Of a DNA stretch of 42,853 bases, positions 22,640 to 33,505 are shown piece by piece; position 1 is the stretch's first letter, and each line of letters opens with the position of its first letter. The stretch lies in NCBI GenBank assembly GCA_038087875.1, contig JAXLNO010000641.1:1-42853 (forward strand), written 5' to 3'. Made by a program: the position numbers and the translations under genes. The notes below the pieces were generated by a model. That model saw only the letters and a list, made by a program, of their open reading frames with translations. It had not been told where the DNA came from and made no database searches. Origin of the DNA: Malacoraja senta (taxonomy: Eukaryota).

Positions 22640-23500
22640 GAGATGCCACTGAAATGTCTTCCTTCTTCCTGAACAGTGACTTCTCCTCAACTGGAGTGGA
22701 CAGAGTCCTTAATCACATCTTATTGATATTCCCGCATCTATGCTCTCACTCTTCCTCTTTCCAGGAGTCGATAAGAACATAGTTCCCCTGCTCCTTACCT
22801 TCCACCCAGGAACCTGCCATATTCATCCGATCATCCTTTGCATTTTTCACCAGATCCAATAAAATCCCGTCACCACCTTGTCCGTCCCCACCAACCACTC
22901 GCACTCATACGGCATGTCTCCATGCAAAAACACAGGAGAAGCAACACTTGACTTTTCACCTCTTCCCACCGTCCAGTGACACAAATAGCCCTTCCTGGAT
23001 AAGCAGTGAATGACTTGCACTTTTTCCAAATGGATGTACTGCATTTGGTGTTCTCCGCGTGGTCTCTTCCACATGAAGGAAATTAAACATAGTTGACACC
23101 AAGTGCTGGAGTAACTCAGCGGGTCAGGCAGCATTTCTGGTGAAAAAAGATGGGTGATGTTTCAGGTCAGAACCTTTTTTCAGACAATGTAACAGTGCAG
23201 GGTGTAAACATGGGTTCTAACCCAATACATCACCCATCCTTTTTATCCAGAGATACTGCCTGACCCGCTGAGTTACTCCAGCACTTTGTGCCTGTCTACG
23301 GCATAAACCAGCATCTGCAGTTCCTTTCTACACAGATGGAGTGAATGCTTTGTGGAGTATTTCCACTCCATCTCCAGGAGTGACCTTGAGCTTCCTGTTG
23401 TCACCACTTTAATCCTACTCCACTGCTACCCTGACCTCTCTATGTGTCACTTCCACACTGTTACAATGGGACCCAATTCAAGCTTGCTGACATTTAATGA
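22640..23500 (+). mobile_element. Old Penelope-like fragment with inverted pLTR pieces (about 23095-23335)
   Basis: GTTCCCCTGCTCCTTACCTTCCACCC and flanking sequence resemble the element at 33506-34660; GTGCTGGAGTAACTCAGCGGGTCAGGCAG and its reverse complement are both present. Confidence 0.6.
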
Positions 23501-23901
23501 TTTCTAAATGAATGCTTATTTGGTTCATTAGGATGTAATCCAATAACTGGCCAGGTAAACTCACTGGCTTGTGACCACTCGGTGCTCCACTTCCTTCCTT
23601 TATCATAGTACATTTATATCAGAATGGTCAATAAGGTTGAAGGAACAGGGCGCCACTGGGGACTGCGCTTTATTCAGTGGCCAGTTGGGTCAGCTGGTGG
23701 ACGGGGGTTGAATAGCAACGTTCCACCAGGAATTGGATACATTTCAGTGAGAACCTATTGCAGGACTCTGGGAAATAAGTGGGTTAGGATCAGTGGACCA
23801 CTCTTTCAAAGAGCTGGCACAGAAGGATGGGCCAAGTGGCTTCCTTCTGCACTGACATTACGTTTCCCTGATGTTTACCCAATGATGTGATTTATTTGCA
23901 G

Positions 23902-24030
23902 AAACGACGGAGAATCAAGTTGTGGTGATGTACCTTGCTTGGATCATTCTGCCTTTGGTGCTGGGAGTTCTTGCTGTCACTGGAGCCATTTGTCTTATCA
24001 GACGCAGAACTTCTGGAAGCCACCAGTCCT
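23902..24030 (+). CDS. Exon: stalk and transmembrane segment of the putative receptor
   Basis: Acceptor TTTATTTGCAG|23902 and donor 24030|GTATGT, phase 1-1; (E)TTENQ-VVVMYLAWIILPLVLGVLAVTGAICLI-RRRTSGSHQS, an uncharged hydrophobic run followed by an RRR stop-transfer. Confidence 0.88.
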
Positions 24031-24195
24031 GTATGTGTAACTAAATCATTCAGTCTGATCTAATTGCTGTGTGGTTAGTGAAATCGGAAGGGCTGGTTCC
24101 GATTGTCAAAAAGCCGTCATTATGCTGTTGGGCAGCAAAGCGGGATTCACAGCTCCGAGGCTGCTCTTTGTGAGACCTTGTTCTCTAATTCACAG

Positions 24196-24269
24196 CCCAG
24201 TCCGGAGCGGCTGATGACCAGACCCCAGGAGCAGATTATGAAAACATTTCCATGGCAAGAAATGTCCCG
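24196..24269 (+). CDS. Exon: cytoplasmic 1 (contains YENI)
   Basis: Acceptor TTCTCTAATTCACAG|24196 and donor 24269|GTGAGT, phase 1-0; (S)QSGAADDQTPGADYENISMARNVP in frame with the TM exon. Confidence 0.85.
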
Positions 24270-24382
24270 GTGAGTTCTGATGGTTTTCTGGGATAAGCAG
24301 ACCTGTGATGGGATCTCTCTCCCTGATGGTGTGCTATTAGCTTCCCATCAGGTATTTACTCCACTAGCTTTGGGGATCACTG

Positions 24383-25793
24383 TAGGCTGTAGGCCGAGCA
24401 TCAAAAATGTGTCTAGAAATCAAATTTCGTGACCCATGTCTCAGAACTACATTAAATTTTGCACAGATTTAGATAAAATATAATTGAGAAGGAAGTCATA
24501 ATTCGTCAGTGCCAAAAGTTGCACATTAATGAATTAAACTAATTAGAAAATGAGATCAAAAAAAGTAAGCACCATCTAGTGTGCAATGCCCATATTACAC
24601 CATGGGGAGCCTAATTCCATGATGCAGTCTATTTAAACTATATATTATTATACTCTTTATATATATATATATAATTTGTGAATATGACTGTAATCATATA
24701 TAATTATGTACAATTATATTATTAAAAAATAATATAATTGTGTGTGTTTTTTGAATGAGTGTCGCAGAGGTCCGGCTCGTGAACCAGCCTAATTAATGGG
24801 TGAGGGCAGTTCTGCTGGGTTCCCCATTTACTGAACCCCACTGAGCAGAGTGGAGGTCACGACCATAGTGGGACTGGGGCAGTGCCAGGCTGGGGCAAGG
24901 CTGAGGCATCTTCCACTGAGAGGAAAATGCCTAACCCTAACTCTAACTCGCCCCCCCTTCCAGAGCTGCCCACGGCTGGAGCTGGAGCTGCTCCGTACGT
25001 GTGGCCGCTCAGCGAGTCCACCTCGGCCAGCATGCCCTTCTGGATCATCGTGGTGATGATGGTGAGGAGCAGCACTGCCTTGCACGCCGCCTGGGCCGCC
25101 TTCAGCACCCCCATAGCGCCGGCTCCGTCAGTCCGCCCGCTCGCTCGCTGCAATACCGGCTGGCCGACCCTTCGCAGCACTCACCGGCCTGCCGACTGCC
25201 CGACCGACCCCTCACAGCATCCACTAGCGGGCCGACAGCCCGAGCGATCTTCCACCGCATCCATCGGCCTACCGACAAGCCCGACCGACCGGTTGACTGA
25301 CCCTGACCTTGCCCCTCACCCTGACCATGACCCTGACACTAACCCTAACCCTAACCCTAAACCTAGCTGTACATTTGTTATTTATAATTTTTATTTAACA
25401 GTTTACATCCAAACTATATATAGATAAATCAATTGAAAAACAGAATTATCAACAAGGTTAGCATTACCTTTATCCTTGGAAACCTTGTTATTGCTATTGA
25501 TGTAATGAGGAGGCAGCCATGATCCCAGAGTCCTCGCTGCCTAGCGACCATAAAACAAAGCGCGGGATTGGTCAATTTGCGTCCGACCTCAATGTCGAAC
25601 GTGCATTGATTGGACAATTACTACTTGGAAAATTGGACATTTTTGTCATATTTAAACAAAATGTGCAGGTTTTGTTCTTGACGAGTTTCAGGTATGATTT
25701 ATATAATATTTTTATACAATATGTTAAAAATTCAGGTAGTTCTGTGAGTTGGGTCACGTACCTGAACGAAAAAGCTCCTCGGCCCACAGCCTA
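24383..25793. mobile_element. Non-autonomous TIR DNA element with TAG termini (Academ-like)
   Basis: Left TAGGCTGTAGGCCGAG versus right CTCGGCCCACAGCCTA (16-bp TIR, 1 mismatch); flanks CTG/TTG as a possible 3-bp TSD. Confidence 0.65.
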
Positions 25794-26779
25794 TTGGGTA
25801 TTGTCGCAATGTCTTTATGATTTGTAAATGTACATGGTGCGTCTGTTGATGGAGAGTGGGACATGCACTGCTCATGAACAGGAATGTGAGAACACTACCA
25901 GGTCTAACAATCCACTGAAGCTTCAGCTTCAGCTGTTTAACCTGAGAGGAGTTCAACCTCTGGATCTCTCCTGCTTTTGGCTGCTCAGAACCATCCTCTC
26001 TGGCCAAACATCTGGCCAATAGCTCCACTATTAGCACAACTACTTCAACTGTTCTCTGATAATGTCCACTTCAAGCTCCTTGGAGTGTTTAATCACAGTA
26101 AAGGCAGGTTCTTGTTTAATATCATGTCAGAATCCTTTCAAAAATCTCTCCCGATGACTTTGATGATAATCATTCTTAGTACTTCAGCTCCGCTGAAACT
26201 GCTGACTCCTGTGTGACATGGAGTGTGTGTGGTGTGTGTGTGCTTGTTGTTCCCATTTCCATGGAGTGTGTGTCCCAGATTAGAGATTGCAGTCATTTCA
26301 GTGTGTGGAGAAGTTATATTTTTCTTATGAGTGTAGTTCCATCATGTCTCAACATCGCACTGAAAATATTCAGTACTTGTTCTCCTGAACAATGAAGGGA
26401 GCTGCCAGGATTCCTGCTACAATCTTTCAGACCCTCTGCTCCGATTTATTTCCTCTCTCCCTTCAGTAGCCCGACCACAGACTGACTGGGAGTTTCAGAG
26501 ATGGGGAAACAAAGTCTGTTCTCAGGCTGCTCAACACCCCCTGCCAATGGGGTTTGTGTGAAGTGCCCAGCATTCTGTTCCTTTCATCTTCCTGATCCTC
26601 TGTCAATTATTTGCAGTGACTGCAATATTTTGCTTAACTTTACAATAACCTCCACTTCCTTCTGTGCACTTGACACCTGACTTTGTAGTTTTCAATAACA
26701 CGAGTGGCCATGGTGACTGCAGTGAATTCTGAAGCCAGCTTTTTGATCAAAGTAACTGTTCGATTGTGTTCTGTTGTAG

Positions 26780-26821
26780 AATTCAGGAGATCACCAGGCA
26801 GATCCAAACGCCATCTACATG
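26780..26821 (+). CDS. Exon: cytoplasmic 2 (first ITAM tyrosine)
   Basis: Acceptor TTCTGTTGTAG|26780 and donor 26821|GTAAGA, phase 0-0; NSGDHQADPNAIYM. Confidence 0.85.
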
Positions 26822-26911
26822 GTAAGAAAAGTCACATTTAAGACGTTGAAGCGTTTCGCTGACCACGAGTTGCTAAGCTGCTGTTTCCAACATTTCTTTG
26901 TTTTCTGCTAG

Positions 26912-26954
26912 GATTTGCAAAGACCCACTCAGTCCATCTACGGTCATCTCCGAG
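26912..26954 (+). CDS. Exon: cytoplasmic 3 (rest of the ITAM)
   Basis: Acceptor TTTCTTTGTTTTCTGCTAG|26912; DLQRPTQSIYGHLR; donor GAG|GTACGT after 26954, or read-through GTFQ* to TAA 26966-26968. Confidence 0.85.
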
Positions 26955-28054
26955 GTACGTTCCAATAACTGTTGCCAATGGCGCATCTGCACCATGTGAT
27001 ATCTGTCAACTGCTGCAGAAATGAGGAGGATTCAGGCAGGAACGACAAGCGTGGAGATGGGCCGACAGGAGTTCAGTCTGACTACATGTTTGGTGCAGAG
27101 AGTAAATTAACACCCATCACCGAGTCGGATTATCTGGCTTTGAACACACGTCCTTGTAATCCTGGTAATGCTGAGTATTTAATCCAGGTGAAGGGATCCA
27201 GTTCAAGTTAATTTCTAATTCATTATCCCACCTTGGTTTCAGATATGGTCTCTGACATTTCCAACAAAAGCTGTTCCTGGAATTGTTGGGGATTGGACGA
27301 TAGTGATCAAGATGAAACTCGCATTCCCTGACTACATCCTTCAATGATCGATCACTATGACATCAGAGAGAGGGCATCTGTCACTAAGCAAGAACTCAAC
27401 CCTATTATTACCTTAATTACCGTCAGGGTGAAGCAAGGTTAATTTTTTTCGGCAGGTCACAAATTGACTTAAGTTGCCTTCAGTTTGGGTGGTGAAAGTG
27501 GGGTCTTACTGAAGTGTTTTCCATTTTAATAGGTTCTCTATAGAAACATAGAACATAGAACCATACAGTGCATTCAGAAAGTATTTAGAACCCTTCACCT
27601 TTTCCACATTTTGTTACGTGACAGCCTTATTATAAAATTGATTAAATTCATTTCTTTATCAATCTACACACAATGTCCCATAATAAAAAAGCAAAAACAG
27701 GTGTTCAGAAATTTTTGCAAAGTAATTAAAAAGAAATAACTGAAATATCACATTTACATAAGTATTCAGACCCTTTACTCAGTACTTTGTTGAGCACCTT
27801 TGGCAGCGATTACAACCATGTCTTCTTGGGTATGACGCTACAAGCTTGGCACACCTGTATTTGGGTAATTTCTCCCATTCTTCTCTGCAGATCCCCTCAA
27901 GCTCTGTCAGGTTGGATGGGGAGCGTCGATGCACAGCTATTTTCAGGTCCAGAGATGTTCAATCGGGTTCAAGTCCGGGCTCTGGCTGGGCCACTCAAGG
28001 ACATTCACAGACTTGTCATGAAGCCACTCCTGCGTTGTCTTGGCTGTGTGCTTA

Positions 28055-29399
28055 AAGCCCTGTCCCATGGTACGAGTTCATTCCAAGAGCTCTCCCAAGT
28101 TTTTTAAAAATCAAACTCATGGTGAGCACGGAGAATGAACATAGCAGGTACGTCGGAGCTCGGGGACGTCCCTTAGTAGGTATGTTACAAAACTTACCTT
28201 CAGTCGCGCTGTAATTCTGCCACTGGCCGTGTGCGCGATTTTGGCGCCTTTAAGGGGGGGGGCGGGGTTAAAACGCGGGTTTCTCCCTTGTCCTGGAAAT
28301 ATTTTGTTGGAGTACAAAACTTCGCTGACAAAATCGTTCCTACCGGCGATTTGTGAATTTTTTTTTTAAATTAAATCGTCAATGTCAGCGCTAGAGTCAT
28401 TTTAAAAGCAGCTCCTGAAGCGTCAACGCCAATAACGGGGACGGATTTCACACAATGGACAGGTAAACAAAAGTGCTTTCTTTAAATGTATAAAAGTGCT
28501 TCTTAAGAAGCCTTTAATTCACATTTTGTCATGCGACACGGTGATTTTATTCCCCGAATTAACGGCAGTATTTTTCATGCCAATACGGGGTTAAATTCAC
28601 CGCAAATGAACGTTCCAAAAGATCGCGTTCCAGTAATTCTCACTCGCAAGATGAATTAAATCCCCATTAATTTACAGGTATTAAACATTCAATTCCTTCC
28701 ATTTGGCCTGTAAATTCATGAAAATTAGATTTAAAAATTATGTTATATTGTGAATTATTGTGTGAATGTTATTTGGACACTTAGGCTATTTAAAAATGTT
28801 AATCTATTCTTAAGAAATTGATAGATGTTTAGATCTAGTAATTGAATTTTGTAATTAGCTACAATTAGGTAACTAACTAATTATATGCTTTACTTTCATG
28901 TCTTCGAAGTAAGATTGTTTCATATTTGTTTCAGAATGCTTCAATCTATAATACCTGAAAATTTCTTTCAGTTACCATAATTTTTAAGAAAGTTATGGGC
29001 TTTTAACTGTCCTCGATCACAGCTTTTGTGTTAAGTCAATGGAAAAGCAATAGGGAACTAGATGCTAATTTCTGAGTATGATAATGGCCATAACTTTTTT
29101 AATACTGAAGATATGAAAGTGAATTAAGTGTCAAATTAAACTTCTTTTTATGCTTTATCTGATGGGATAAATTGCAGACTTTATTTTTTAAATCTCAAAA
29201 TTTTGTAACATTGCTACCCTTAGCGGCTCGTAACGTGAAGGGCAGGTACTCGGGAAGACTCGCTAACGGCAGGTAATCGGGAAGACTCGCTAAGCATGGG
29301 AAGACTCGTGAAGATTTTTCAACATGTAAATCTCCGAGTTCGAATCAGGGCAAACGCGGGGGAGCTCTTGGAATGAACTCGTACCGTGGGACAGGGCTT
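28055..29399. mobile_element. PIF/Harbinger-type MITE inside the Tc1 transposase
   Basis: About 38-bp TIR AAGCCCTGTCCCA(T/C)GGTACGAGTTCATTCCAAGAGCTC at both ends; TTA/TAA flanks. Confidence 0.85.
28177..29216. mobile_element. Non-autonomous TIR element with a 7-bp TSD inside the MITE
   Basis: TAGGTATGTTACAAAA ... TTTTGTAACATTGCTA (16 bp, 2 mismatches) flanked by exact CCCTTAG repeats at 28170-28176 and 29217-29223. Confidence 0.85.
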
Positions 29400-31838
29400 T
29401 AAGGGTTGTTGTCCTGTTGGAAGGTAAACATCCGCCCCAGTCTGAGAACCTGCTCCAGAACGCCCTGGAGCAGGTTTTTATCAAGGAAATCTCTGTATTT
29501 TGCTCCTTTCATCTTTTCCTCGATCCTGACTTTTCTCCAAGTTCTTGCCGCTGAAAAAATATCTCCACAGCATGATGCTGCCACCACTATGCTTCACAGT
29601 AGGTATGGTATTGGCCAGGTGATGAGCGGTGCCTGGATTCCTCCAGACATGATGCTTGGCATTCAGGCCAAAGAGTTCAATCTTGGTTTCATCGGACCAG
29701 AGAATCTTGTTTCTCATGCCTTTTGGCAAACTCCAAGCGGGCTGTTATGTGCCTTTTACTGAGGAGTGGCTTCCGTCTGGCCAATCTACCATACTGGTGG
29801 AGTGTTGAAGATATAGTTGTCCTTCTGGAAGGTTCTCCCATCTCCACAGAGGAACTCTGGAGCTCTGTCAGAGTGACCATCGGGTTCTTGGTCACCTCCC
29901 TGACCAAGGCCCTTCTCCCCCGATTGCTCAGTTTGGCCGGGTGGCCAGCTCTATGAAGAGTCCTGGTGGTTCCAAAGTTAAGAATGACTGAGGCCACTGT
30001 GCTCTTCAGGACCTGCAATGCTGCAGAGATTGTTTTATACCCTTCCCAGATCTGTGTCTCGACACAATCTTGTTTCGGATGTCTACGAACAATTCCTTTG
30101 TCTTCATGGCTTGGTTTTTGCTCAGACATGTACTGTCAACTGGGGGACTTTATATAGACAGGTGTGTGCCTTTCCAAATCATGTCCAATCAATTTAATTT
30201 ACCACTGGTGGACTCTAATCAAGTTGTAGAAACATCTCAAGGATAATCAATGGAAACAGGATGAACCTAACCTTAATTTTGAGTGTCATAGCAAAGGGTC
30301 TGAATACTTATGTAAATGTGATATTTCAGTTATGTCTTTTTAATTATTTTGCAAAAATTTCTGAACACCTGTTTTCACTTCTTCATTTTGTGTTTTGTGT
30401 GTAGATTGATGATAACAAAAAAAAGAATTTAACCCATTTTAAAATAAGGCTAACATAACAAAATATGGAAAAAGTGAATGGGTCTGAATACTTTCGGAAT
30501 GCACTGTAGAAAATAGTGGGAGTAGGCCATTCAGCCCTTTGAGCCAGCATGGTTGATCATCCAAAATCAGTACCCCATTCCACGTTTCTCCCCATATCAC
30601 TTGATTCCGTTAGACCCAAGAGCTATATTTAACTCTATCTTGAATACATCCAGTGAATTTGCCTCCACTGCCTTCTGTGGCAGAGAATTCCACAGATTAA
30701 CAACTCTCTGGGTGAAAATGTTTTTCCTCATATCAGTCTTCTTCTTCCGCATGGCGTGCACAGCCAAAGTTGTAGGACAACTTGTTCTATTTGATCTTAT
30801 TTAATTGTGCATGCCGGGTTGATTGCATTCGTCGAAACAGGACGGACCACGTGAAGGTTGCAATCTTCCACCCACTCCTATCAGTCCTAATTGCCCTACC
30901 CCTTATTTTTAAACTGTGACCTCTGGTTCTGGACTCTCCCAACATCGGGAACATTTTTCCTGCATCTAGCCTGTCCAATCCCTTAAGAATGTTATATGTT
31001 TCTGTAAGATTCCCTCTCATCCTTCTAGATTCCAGTGAATATAAGCCCAGTCGATCCATTGTTTCATCATCTGTCAGTCCCGCCATTCCGGGTATTAACC
31101 TGACTATGATAGTCAGAGAGAAGCAACTTGGTCTGGTGGGGAATCTCGAAGGAGAGGTGCATTGGCTGGAACTTTCAGATTTGGAGCGTAGGAGTCTGAG
31201 GGGTGGTCGGTCTTATTGTGGTGTTCAAGATGACGAGGGACATGGATAAAATGAATGTTCACAGTCTTTTTCTCATGGTAGAGGATTGTAAAACTAAAGG
31301 GTATATGTTTGAGGTCAGCAGTGAGAACTTTTTGAGGGACCTTTAGAGGCACCTTTTTCATGCAGAAACTAATCCATTTCCCAAATGAGTTGCCTGAGAA
31401 AGCTATAGAATCCGATACAATTACGACTTTCAAAGAACATTTGGACAGATATTTGAATAGGTAAGGTTGAGAGGGCCAAATGCAGGTAAGTGGAATTAGC
31501 CGAGAATGACAACTTGGTAGGCATGGTCAAGGTGGGCTTAAGGGCCTGTTTCCATGCTATATAGCTCTGTGACCATGAATTTAATATCCCATGGGGTTCA
31601 ACATTATTCGAGAACAGAGATACATACCATAGATTGGGCCTGTGGTTAGACACTCAACGGAACAGTTCGGGCAATGTCTGGAACTGATTGGAACTCATGC
31701 ATTGAAGCACAGAAAGTGCTGTATTATCACAAGGGGTCAGGCAGTATTTTGGAGAACATGAACAGATGACCATTCAGACATGCATTCTTCATTATTTTGC
31801 TTTGTGTAACTGGGTTTTGTTTAATTTTCTTTAAACAG

Positions 31839-31849
31839 GCAGCAAATAA
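31839..31849 (+). CDS. Probable terminal coding exon of the receptor (..GSK*), followed by 3'UTR
   Basis: Strong acceptor TTTTGTTTAATTTTCTTTAAACAG|31839; a phase-1 join gives GGC AGC AAA TAA; AATAAA at about 32145 (inside the MITE) and about 32524. Confidence 0.5.
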
Positions 31850-31995
31850 GCGTCCCACAGCTGAACTGTCTCGGCGTCCTCGTTTAGGTGAAGGAAGATT
31901 GGATGATATCTGCACGGGCAGACACGTCAGACATGTAAAGGTATAAGGCCCAGAGGTTCCATTTGCTTTATGTATGACACAAGAGACATTTATTA

Positions 31996-32221
31996 CAGGG
32001 CCGGCTTAACGCATTGGCACGCTGGGCAGTTGCCCGGGGCCCCAGGAGCACAGGGGCCCCATGCTAATCTATGTATTGTAGAATGTTATTGTAGAGCATG
32101 AAAACGGAGAACATCGCAAGTGCATGATGCCATATTTGATTCGGAATAAAGAAACTGGAATTGTAGGGTCCCCAGTGCACTGCTTTGCCCGGGGGCCTAT
32201 AATGCTGTTAAGACAGCCCTG
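31996..32221. mobile_element. hAT-type MITE
   Basis: CAGGGCCGGCTTAAC ... GTTAAGACAGCCCTG termini; 8-bp TSD ATTTATTA/GTTTATTA. Confidence 0.8.
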
Positions 32222-33505
32222 GTTTATTAGAAGGAGCATTTGGGATATGTGCATCAAGATAAAACATCCCTTTCCACATCATTCTCCCATTGATAGAAGT
32301 ATAGGAAAAATAAGTGACATCTACATTGAAGCTGCTTGATTGGATGGCATGTATCAGCTAGCTAGTTGCTTCCCAAAGTAAGATAAGAATTTAAAGACAA
32401 TCAAGTATATGGAGACTTTGCAATGGCTGTATAGACTTCCTCAAGTTATTGTTTACTGTTTTAAAATATTGCATTGATTGTTCAAATTGTTCAATTGCTT
32501 GAATATAGATGTTGCAGCTTTCTAATAAACATGCAGCTTAAACTGTGAAGCTATTTTTAAGATAATATACAGTGAAAATGTTGCATTGTGGTCTCTCTTA
32601 AATATCACCCCTCTCACCTTAAGCCAATGTCCTCCAGTTTTACAATCTGTACCATGGGGAAATAAACTGTGTGTTCACTTTATCCATTCCTCTTGTCATT
32701 TTACATACTTCAGAAAGATCACCCTTCAGCTTTCTATGCTCCAAAGGAAAAAGGTCACAGCCAATCCAGCTTCTCTTTATAACTTAGGCCTGCAAGGATC
32801 AGTAAAATCCTGGTGAATCTTCTGCACCTTCTCCAAAGTAGTGACATCTTTCCAATAACTAGCGACTGGAACTGCACACAGTACTCCAAGTGTGGTCTCA
32901 CCAATAACTTGTACAGAAATATCATTATGTGCCAATTTTTGTATATGGTCAAGATTACTTTTGTAATGGTCAAGAGTTTGAAGAAAAAGGCATTGGACAG
33001 GTATAGGCAGCTGGGTTCAAGTGTTTCCCTGGAGGAGTTTCAGGAACAAAGCTAAAAAGGGAAATCAGAAGGGCAAAAAGGAGACAGGAGATCGCTCTGG
33101 TAGATAGCACTAAGGATAATCCCAAGAGATATTAAAAGCACATAAAAGGAAAAAGGGTAACCTGTGAAAGTGTGGGACCACTCAGGAATCAAAGTGGTCA
33201 ATTCTGTGTGGAGCTGTTAAACTGAGTTCTTTTGTCAGTCCAATTCAAGAAAACTTGATTCAAACCATTGCTGCTAAAATCATTTCTTTATTCTGACAGC
33301 GCTGGATAATTCTTTAAACCATCCAACACAGAGCTAAAACTCTGGGGCTGGTTGAAAGAACTACTGCCTTTGGTATGAACGTAACACATTATATAGGTGA
33401 TAGACAATTATAATACAAAAGGAGTGGCAACTATTAACCAATCATTATGGTTTACCATACATTTAACTTATTTGCATTAACCAATCAACTAAATCCTTTC
33501 CATTG

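Larger units (their letters stand above)
27566..30506 (-). mobile_element. Tc1-like (IR/DR type) DNA transposon, degenerate transposase, interrupted by nested elements
   Basis: TA|CAGTGCATTCAGAAAGTATT ... AATACTTTCGGAATGCACTG|TA with about 210-bp TIRs; minus-strand MKTKEL.. from 30107, NKILWSDETKIELFG, TVKHSGGSIMLW, FTFQQDNNP; frameshifts. Confidence 0.93.
27540..31100 (-). mobile_element. CR1 3' fragment whose tail is interrupted by the Tc1 element and whose body carries a small SINE-like insert (about 30737-30873)
   Basis: Tail-like TAGAAACATAGAACATAGAA at 27541 resumes as GAAAATAG..GAGTAGGCCATTCAGCCC after 30508; minus-strand MDRLGLYSLESRRMRGNLTETY; the insert is flanked by CTC(A/C)TATCAGTC direct repeats. 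Confidence 0.75.

Noticed and set aside
24882..25427. 181-aa + strand ORF
   Set aside because: Low-complexity (PNPN from CCCTAA repeats) and reads like the antisense of the GC3-rich minus-strand fragment; lies inside a TIR element.
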